Below are positions 56,820-64,000 of a DNA stretch of 64,000 nucleotides, piece after piece. A program made the translations under genes and the position numbers. The notes below the pieces were generated by a model. It ran no database searches. It saw only the letters and a program-made list of their open reading frames with translations, and was not told where the DNA came from. Each line of letters starts with the position of its first letter. The stretch's first letter is position 1. The DNA comes from Diplonema japonicum (Eukaryota > Protista > Euglenozoa: Diplonemea), in assembly GCA_964019335.1 (NCBI GenBank), contig OZ025751.1:62001-126000 (forward strand), written 5' to 3'.

Positions 56820-57483
56820 ATTTTTTTTTTTTTTTTTTGTCACACACACACACCCCTCCCCCCTCCTCCTGGGTTGTTCAGAATGTGTTTTGACATTGTA
56901 AAGAGAAAAAAAAAAAGAAGAAGAATGTCTTTGGTTGCCTCTAAAAAATCATTGATTTTCTGAGCAACTTCTTTTCTACGCTAACGTATGTTGCTTCCCT
57001 TCTGAGGGATGCATGGCTGCGGGTTTTGGTGGACTTCGCTCTGGTAAAAAAAAAAAAAAAGAAACAAATGGGGCTTTGGTTGCAACACTATTTGGCGTTA
57101 AGTGTGCAGCGTGGTGGGGGGTCTATCTTGTGTTGTTTAACAAACAAAAACCAAAAGGGGATGCACACGGGTTTTTTTTTTCGTCTCTTTTTTTTTTTAT
57201 CTCTCTTTTTTAAAAAAAAAATTTAATTTTTTTTTCCTTATACTTTACTGGGGTTTTTTTTTTTCCTTTTCTTAATGGTGGAAGAGATGGAAGGGAAGGG
57301 AAGGGAACCTCATGTACACCTCACGTAGGGAAAAACAAAGAACGAAAAAAAAGGTTTTTTTCTTCTTTTTTCCCAGCGTGATAATATCTTACGAATAGGG
57401 TGGGGGTAAAATAAAAGAAGAACAAAAAAAAAAAAAAAAACAAAAAAGATAATAATATATACAGCAACAACAACCAATATCGG

Positions 57484-57519
<36 letters not shown>

Positions 57520-57648
57520 AGTTTTGTTTGTGCGCGAGCGGGATTTTTTTGCCTAATAAAAAAAAAAATAGCTCATTATGCTGCCATCAACTAGTTTTTT
57601 TTTTTTTTTTTTTTTTTTTTCCACACTCCCCCCCTTCCCCCCCTTTTC

Positions 57649-58290
57649 CTATGTCTCGCCAAGCAGTGTCTCGTTCACAGCGTCCCGATACACCTCTGCA
57701 CTAACATTCCCGTTCAGAAATTGTTGAGAAAGCACTTTGAAGCTGGTGTAACGAGAAGGACTGTGCCGATAAAGATTATCTAAATTGTCTTGAAACGGGT
57801 TTTGTTGCTGGCTCTGTAGATTAGACGGCTGCACCCTTGAAGGTGACGATCTACCTCCATCGGCCGAGAGGACAGAATCCAGGGCACAGGAGTATGTGGG
57901 GTGGTCGAGGCGGCCTTCTTGGTACTTTGCATTGAGGGAGGCTACTGTTGTATTTAAATGGCGACGGACGCTCGATGGGGATTTGCTCCGTGATGCATCG
58001 CTCATAAGGCTTCCCGCCCGCTTGATGGGGACACTGCCGGGTTGCCTGTGGGATGAAGCAATACTTGTGCTTGACACCCACCCCTTGACAGGTGATTTCA
58101 CCTCTATTCTGTTCCCCGCCTCCCGACCCGTTTCCACCATGGTCCCTGCGGGTAGCATGGCCAAGAACTCGCTTTCTAAAGAAACCCCTTTCCTCACCGC
58201 CACACCCCTCGGGTTCGCCACAGTGTATCGCTGTCCATCAACCTCTACAGGACCTTTGCTTTTACTCCGGCTTCGACCTCGGGTGCTCAT
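57649..58290 (-). CDS. Protein with SH3b-like domain
   Basis: Start MSTRGRSRSKS; YTVANPRGVAVR...LPAGTMV...NRIEVKSPVKGWVS. Confidence 0.65.
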   Translation of the reverse strand: MSTRGRSRSKSKGPVEVDGQRYTVANPRGVAVRKGVSLESEFLAMLPAGTMVETGREAGNRIEVKSPVKGWVSSTSIASSHRQPGSVPIKRAGSLMSDASRSKSPSSVRRHLNTTVASLNAKYQEGRLDHPTYSCALDSVLSADGGRSSPSRVQPSNLQSQQQNPFQDNLDNLYRHSPSRYTSFKVLSQQFLNGNVSAEVYRDAVNETLLGET

Positions 58291-58299
58291 AACATTTGC

Positions 58300-58330
<31 letters not shown>

Positions 58331-58422
58331 GTCCTTGTTTTTATTATGTGGGAACGTAGGTGAGACAAAAAAAAAATTTTTTTTTTTTTTGGTAATAATC
58401 ACATTTTTTTTTTTCCTCCCAT

Positions 58423-60210
58423 TCACAACCCCTCCACCCGTTGGACCGTTTTCTCGCACAGATGCAGGGCCTCGGATATGCCGGCGTACATCCGGGTTTT
58501 CACGCACTCTACGGTTTTTTCCCGGTGGAGTTCGTTGAGGGCCTCCTCGGTGAGGCCGTCTCCGCTTGCCGAGATTGGTGTTTTTTTCGCCGGCTGTTTG
58601 GATTTTCCCGCGGGGGGGTTCTTGGAGTTTGGCTTCGAAAGAGGGTCCATCAAACCCAGAGATATCGCTGCTGCAGTGGACACTTCAGGAATCTCACATA
58701 CTATAGAAGAAACAACCTGGTACCAGGTGGAGTAAAGGTATCTGTTGTATTGTGTGCTTGGTTCATGCGCTGCTGCTGCCTTCATCGCCCTTAATGTGCA
58801 AAACATATCTGAGCGGGCCTTTCTGTCTGTTAAACCTTCGATACCCGCTTGTATGGTGGCTACGGCGCCGTCCCATGTCGAACCGGGGGAGGTTTTTTCA
58901 TATAGTTTTTCAAAATCACGGAAACTTTCTGGTGAAAACCACAGGTTCAGACCCTTGTTTTGTTCCGTGAATTTGGCCTTGTTTGTTTCTACCTTTGCAG
59001 ATTGTTCCGCTTTCAGTTCTTCAGGGGTTTTTTTGTCCCGTTCGGCCTGCTGTCGATCGCTGACGGAGAACGGATTGTCCTTCGATTTCTTATTCAGAAT
59101 GTCCAGAACCAAACGGTTTGCAATGTGTGTGTTTGTCCGGTTTGCGAAGGATGTGACTAGGTACTTCACGGATAATTCATCGTGTTCCTGTGTAGTGCAG
59201 ACGCCCCGAAGCATAACAGTGATTTTGTCTCTTCCGGAAGGAACGGTTTGGAGTTCCCAGGCCTGGCTTGCCACGCAAGGTTTGGCAGACCGGAAAAAGA
59301 ACGAAAACCCGTTCTCGTCGCCAGGTAGAAGAACCCCCGAGTTATTCTCCGCGAGGAGAAATTTAAACGGCGGGTTTGATGTTTCACACACACCTCCTTT
59401 CGAATTCCGCAGCTCCGATTTCACAACCGGTTTCCAACAATAATACACAGCCGTACTACCAAGGTTGGTCGCCTTCAAGGGTCTATGTGAAAGCTCGCCC
59501 GGAACAGATGAAAACGACAGCCGTTCTGAATCTAGTAAAAGCAACGGGCCTTGATATGGTGGTTCGTCCTGTGTCATGGACTGATTATCCGAAAGGCTTA
59601 AACTCACGCTTTGCGGGGTGTCTGCGTTGGGTTCTACGGCGGTGGTGTCACTGGTTGCCTCTCCCACAAATTGGAAATGTTGGATTGATGATGTCACATT
59701 TGAAGTCACTTCTTCAGTGGTTCGGGGAGGCGAGATTGCCTGTACTATGAGTTGACCGTCGCCCTCGCCGGCCCTGTGCGGGAATTTCTTCACGATGTGC
59801 TTTTTGTACTGCTTTTCCCGCCGTTGGAAATACTTCGAGCTTTTTGAAAGGGGGACCCTTCCGCTGGGCTGTGCCGGGATTATTTTGGTATACGCTGCAC
59901 CTTCTGCTGGATAACCGTCTTTGTTCGGGATCGGGCAATACAGAGGGTACGGGTAGTCCGTCCCGAATTTCACGTATCTAACGCCATCAGCCTGGCTTCG
60001 AAGGCTCATTTCCCAGCCCGCAGAACTTCTTGCAGCCTGTGGGACCGATGCTGTCAGGGAGTCGAGTTCCTCACCCCTCTCTCTCCACTGGTGTGACGTG
60101 TTGTGCAGGGATTGTGACCCGGGCCTTCCCACCTTTTCACCCAGTCTTTTCCCCAGCTCCGCCCAGCTTGCTTTTTGCAGCTCCCATTTTTCAAGGGCTT
60201 TTTCTTGCAT
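58423..60210 (-). CDS. MYCBPAP: MYCBP-associated protein-like (flagellar)
   Basis: QEKALEKWE..W, WRERGEE, NLGSTAVYYCW and GVLLPG..FSFFFRS...WELQTVP. Confidence 0.75.
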   Translation of the reverse strand: MQEKALEKWELQKASWAELGKRLGEKVGRPGSQSLHNTSHQWRERGEELDSLTASVPQAARSSAGWEMSLRSQADGVRYVKFGTDYPYPLYCPIPNKDGYPAEGAAYTKIIPAQPSGRVPLSKSSKYFQRREKQYKKHIVKKFPHRAGEGDGQLIVQAISPPRTTEEVTSNVTSSIQHFQFVGEATSDTTAVEPNADTPQSVSLSLSDNQSMTQDEPPYQGPLLLLDSERLSFSSVPGELSHRPLKATNLGSTAVYYCWKPVVKSELRNSKGGVCETSNPPFKFLLAENNSGVLLPGDENGFSFFFRSAKPCVASQAWELQTVPSGRDKITVMLRGVCTTQEHDELSVKYLVTSFANRTNTHIANRLVLDILNKKSKDNPFSVSDRQQAERDKKTPEELKAEQSAKVETNKAKFTEQNKGLNLWFSPESFRDFEKLYEKTSPGSTWDGAVATIQAGIEGLTDRKARSDMFCTLRAMKAAAAHEPSTQYNRYLYSTWYQVVSSIVCEIPEVSTAAAISLGLMDPLSKPNSKNPPAGKSKQPAKKTPISASGDGLTEEALNELHREKTVECVKTRMYAGISEALHLCEKTVQRVEGL

Positions 60211-62026
60211 TTTTTTTTTTTTTGGTGTTTTCTTTTTTTTTTTTTGAAATAAAAAAATAAGAAATAATAAAAGAAGAAGAATGGGGATATGGATGTGGGG
60301 GAGGGGACCGGGAATGGGGGGAAAAAAAGAGGGGGATGGGGGGGGGGGGGGGGGAGGGGATGGTGGAATAAGTAAAATAAAGAAAGTAAAATAAAATAAA
60401 AAAGCTTCATCCCCCCCCCCCCCCCCTCCACGCTTTCCATTCCCTGAAAATATTTATTTTTTTCTTTGCGTGCGAAAATAAGAAAAAGAAAAAAACACAA
60501 TAGAAGGAGCAACTATACCCCCCCCCCCCCCCCCCCCGTCCTTCCTCTCTACTTTTACCCCCTTCCTGGAAACATGGAAGGGAGGGGGGTAAAAAACATG
60601 CAATTTTGTTGAATTGCTTTCTCCCTTGTTGGAAAAACCGTAGTGGGCTTTTTCTTTTTTTTCCCCCACCACTTTTTTTTTCCCCCTCGACATCATGTTT
60701 TGATTGAACCCATTCCCATTTTGCCCAGGAGATCAAAAATTCTCTTGGTCACCCCCCCCCCCCCCCCCTCCCCTGTCTGTCTGTCTTTTTTTTATTTTAT
60801 TTTTTTCCCCGTTTTCTCATTTTTTATTCTTTTTTTTTCTAGTTTTTTTTTGCATTTAATAAGGGGAGGGCTGAGGTGGTAAAGTATTGAAAAAGAGGGA
60901 AAGGGGAGAAAAACTAGAGGATGGGGGGGGGGGGTAGACGTTGGGAGTGGAAAAAAAAGGGGGGGGGGGGTGAAATAAAGGAAAAAGGGCGGGTTGGAGG
61001 GAACATATGCCTTACTCTCGGTAAAAAAAACTTGTTCTTCTTGGTACTTGAAAAAAGTGAAAGAGGGGGGGGGGGGGGGGGGGGCAATAGGGAACAACAA
61101 GGAGGGAGGGAGAGGAGAGGAAATGAAGGTACAATTTTTTAAGAGAAAGGGGGGGGGGACGGGAAAAAAAGGGGGAAAAAAAAAGAAACAGATGCATCAC
61201 GCGAGGCTGTATATAAGGGATTGTTGTGTGTTCAAAAAAAAAGGGGGCAAAAAAAATAAAAATTGGGGGAAAAGCACAATGGATGGAAGATAGAATGTAG
61301 CAGGGGGAAAAAAAAATAATAGCCTCGGACAAAGAGAAAAAAAGTAAAAACAAAAAAAAAAAGATCGAAGGAAGCAGTGGACCCTTTTCTTTTTTTTTTT
61401 TAAAAAAACCTTTTTTTTTTCTTTTGAACTTTTTTCTTCTTCTTTCTTTCCCCCTCCTCCCCAACTTTAAAGGATTGATCCCTCAAATTCCTGTTCCTCC
61501 TTTGCATTTTTTTTTTTCCCACACGCCATTCTCGCCATGTACAAAAACACCATCAAATAAAAAAATATAAAAATATTTCCTTGCTCTCCCTATTGCTTCA
61601 TGTTTTCCCTCCATCCCAACCTCTTCTACAAGAGTTGGGGAAAAAAAAGGTGGAGTTTTCTTGTTTTCCTCTCTTTTCGTTCATAGTATCTTTAGCACAT
61701 AGGGAAGGAAATAAATTTAAAAAGAAAGGCCAAACCCTCTCTTTTTTTTTTTTTTTTTTTCCCCTTTTCTTTTCTTTTTTTTAAATGCAAGGATAGTTGG
61801 AGGAAGAACAGAAGAAAAGAGGGACCAGAAGGGAAGGGGAGGGAAAAGGAAGAAGGAACAAAAAAAAAAGTATCTTTAAAAACAAAGAAATGAGGGAGAG
61901 AGAGAGAGAAGAAAAAAAATATTTAAAATAAAAAGAGAGGAAAAAAAAAGGGGGTAGTTAGAGGTATTGGGAAAAAAAATATTTAAAAAAAAATAAAAAA
62001 AGGCAGGGGAAAAAAAAAATGGGGGC

Positions 62027-62062
<36 letters not shown>

Positions 62063-62131
62063 GTAACGAAGCGAGGGAAAAACAAAAAGCTACCAATTTG
62101 CCTCTCTCTCCCCAAAGAAAAAGAAATCGAA

Positions 62132-62162
<31 letters not shown>

Positions 62163-63540
62163 GAAGTGGTCACTTTAAAAACCTCAGCACTGCCCAGAAG
62201 AGGATACACTTAGTGCTGCGATCCGTGAATGCTCCCAGAGAAAGAACGAAAAGTGAGGTTTGTGTCCTCCTCTCCTCTGCATATTTCTTATTTTCTTAAA
62301 GGATATACTCGATTGTCGGCTTTGTCCAGTAATTTAATTAAAAAAAAAGAATAAAAAGCACAACTTGCATCGTAAGTACCCTGTAACGGCCGTTGGAGGG
62401 AAGGGGGGAGGGAGGGCAAAAAAAAAAGCATAAAAACACTAAAGTAGGTCCCCCCCCCCCCCCCATCCCATGAGGCTAGTAAAGAAAAAGGTTTTTTCTT
62501 TTTTTTTTCTGGAAAAAAAAAATTGTATGCAAACAAGAATAAAAAACAATAGGAATGGGGAAGGTATTTTTTTTTTTTTTTTCTCTTTCCTTTTTTTTTT
62601 TTTTTTTTTTGTCAGATTGAATTTATAGCAAGTAATACCTTAATATCCAATGCGTAAGTAAATGAGTAAAGGAAAAAGTTTTTTTTTTTTTTCCTCTTGT
62701 AAAATGAAAATGAACTCCCGCTCACGTGTGGGTGCCTGCCACCACAAGGTGAACTTTCGCCCCTCACCCCACATTCCCCCACTTTCTCATATGCCTGGGC
62801 CCGAAAGAAGAAGAGGGTATTCTTATGTCCCGCCCCTCTTTTTCTTCTTGAAGACCCCGTCTTTGAATAAAGAAAAATGAGAAAAAGGGGGACCAACAAA
62901 AAACCTTTTTATTTTTTAGGGTTAAGATCAAGTGTTTTTTTGGGAGGGGGGCGTCGTCTTTGTGCGACATGAGAAAAAGTAATCGTAAAATAAAAAAAAA
63001 ATATATGAGTTAAAGGAGGCCGGTGTTGGCGGCGCCCTGCACAAGAACTGTCTACTTGATTACAGGGGGCGCACCGCGGCCGAGTTGTAGCTTCTTCTGC
63101 GTTCCGCGTCGTGTCCTTAATGCGTGCGGTGTACAGCTCAACCCCAGCCGGTGCGTCCCGGGTAACCAAGATTCTGCGCTCGTGCAGTTTGCTGCCTGTT
63201 CGTCACCCTGAGCATCTGCATTATGTTCTTCCACTCGGGCGCTACCGGTGATGACCGACGAGGAGGTCAACAGCGAACAACACATCTGATCTTTTTCTTA
63301 TATTTTCATGTTATCCCCACCACCTGAAAAAAAAAATAAAATAAAAAAGGGAACTGGCAGTTGTTTATGTATTGTTTTAAAAAAAAAAAAGAATTTTTTT
63401 CTTCGTACTTCCCTATCGTGATTTAAGCAAACCATCGAACATCTACTTGTCGCATGGCTACATGCAACGCCTCTGGTCCAAAAGTACTGCCAGTGATTCA
63501 AATTACGAAGGGGAGGGAGGGGGGGTTTCACAAAAAAGAA

Positions 63541-63606
63541 AAACTACTTACCTACCGCCAAAAGGAGCCATAACTTAAACTCATTATTTGTTAGTAATAA
63601 ATAGCT
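63541..63606. mobile_element. Family H hairpin-end remnant with collapsed hairpin
   Basis: acttacctaccgccaaa...actcattatttgttagtaataaatagct matches both arms of 31799-31935 with the centre deleted. Confidence 0.6.
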
Positions 63607-64000
63607 TTTCTTTTTTTTTTTTCCCAGTCCAAAAAAAAAAAAGAGAGAGAAAAGAATATATATAAACACACATAGCTTGAGGTAGAGGGAAGGGGAAAGA
63701 ACTTTTTTTTTTTCTTTAGCCAAAACATTGCAGTCTCTTTTTTTTTTTTTTTTTTTCCTTCTTTTTTTTACTGACGGCGGCCGGTTAAAACTTACCTAAC
63801 CGGGGGAAGGGGGAGAGGCTGGATGGAAAAAAAAAAAAAAAATTAAAAAGGTTAGTAAAAAAGAAATATGCATGGTTTTGCGAAGGGAGAAGGGGAAGAA
63901 AAATAAAAATTCGATAAAATTTCAGTGTGCAGGGGGGGGGGGGGGGAAGGGGGAGCTCACTGTAAGTGGGGGAAATACGAGAATGGGCGCACAATTTAAC

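Noticed and set aside
62178-62260. Weak hairpin with a 12-nt match to the snoRNA C' region
   Set aside because: Opposite strand, short stems, compatible with chance.
62909-63285. Short GC-rich ORFs near the window end
   Set aside because: Competing frames and no recognisable motif; may be a fragment but cannot be supported.
752-63994. Many poly-Phe, poly-Lys and poly-Pro ORFs and all plus-strand ORFs
   Set aside because: They are translations of homopolymer intergenic DNA or antisense shadows of real minus-strand genes.
1-64000. tRNA, rRNA, spliced-leader RNA or telomeric repeats
   Set aside because: None recognised by eye; the rRNA-like 13-14-mers are snoRNA guide complements.

Overview
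Eukaryotic, very homopolymer-rich DNA, most likely from a diplonemid-like euglenozoan. This is inferred from a kinetoplastid-type COX IV homologue, single-hairpin AGA-box guide RNAs and one-strand gene clustering combined with frequent cis-introns. All ~30 credible protein genes lie on the minus strand. Six of them are split by 21 tiny (37-67 nt) GT-AG introns, many with a poly(A) tract instead of a polypyrimidine tract, and most start codons follow an oligo(A) leader. A ~220-240 bp repeat at three loci (1.6-1.9, 11.1-11.9 and 15.2-15.8 kb) resolves into a two-gene snoRNA cassette: 9 copies of a double-guide box C/D RNA antisense to a conserved LSU rRNA segment, plus 6 copies of an H/ACA-like AGA hairpin. 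There is a family of non-coding mobile elements with asymmetric inverted repeats, iterated motifs and a long terminal hairpin that, in two copies, has ssDNA-type GNA loops and tandem G.A mismatches (3 full copies, 2 remnants), and two MITEs with ATAT target duplications. Notable proteins are a repeat protein ending in a Na+/K+-ATPase beta-like membrane segment, a 14-repeat Cys-rich surface protein, IntS11, a GH18-like/mutarotase-like fusion and a four-PAM2 protein. All calls were made by eye without searches, and homopolymer lengths may be unreliable.
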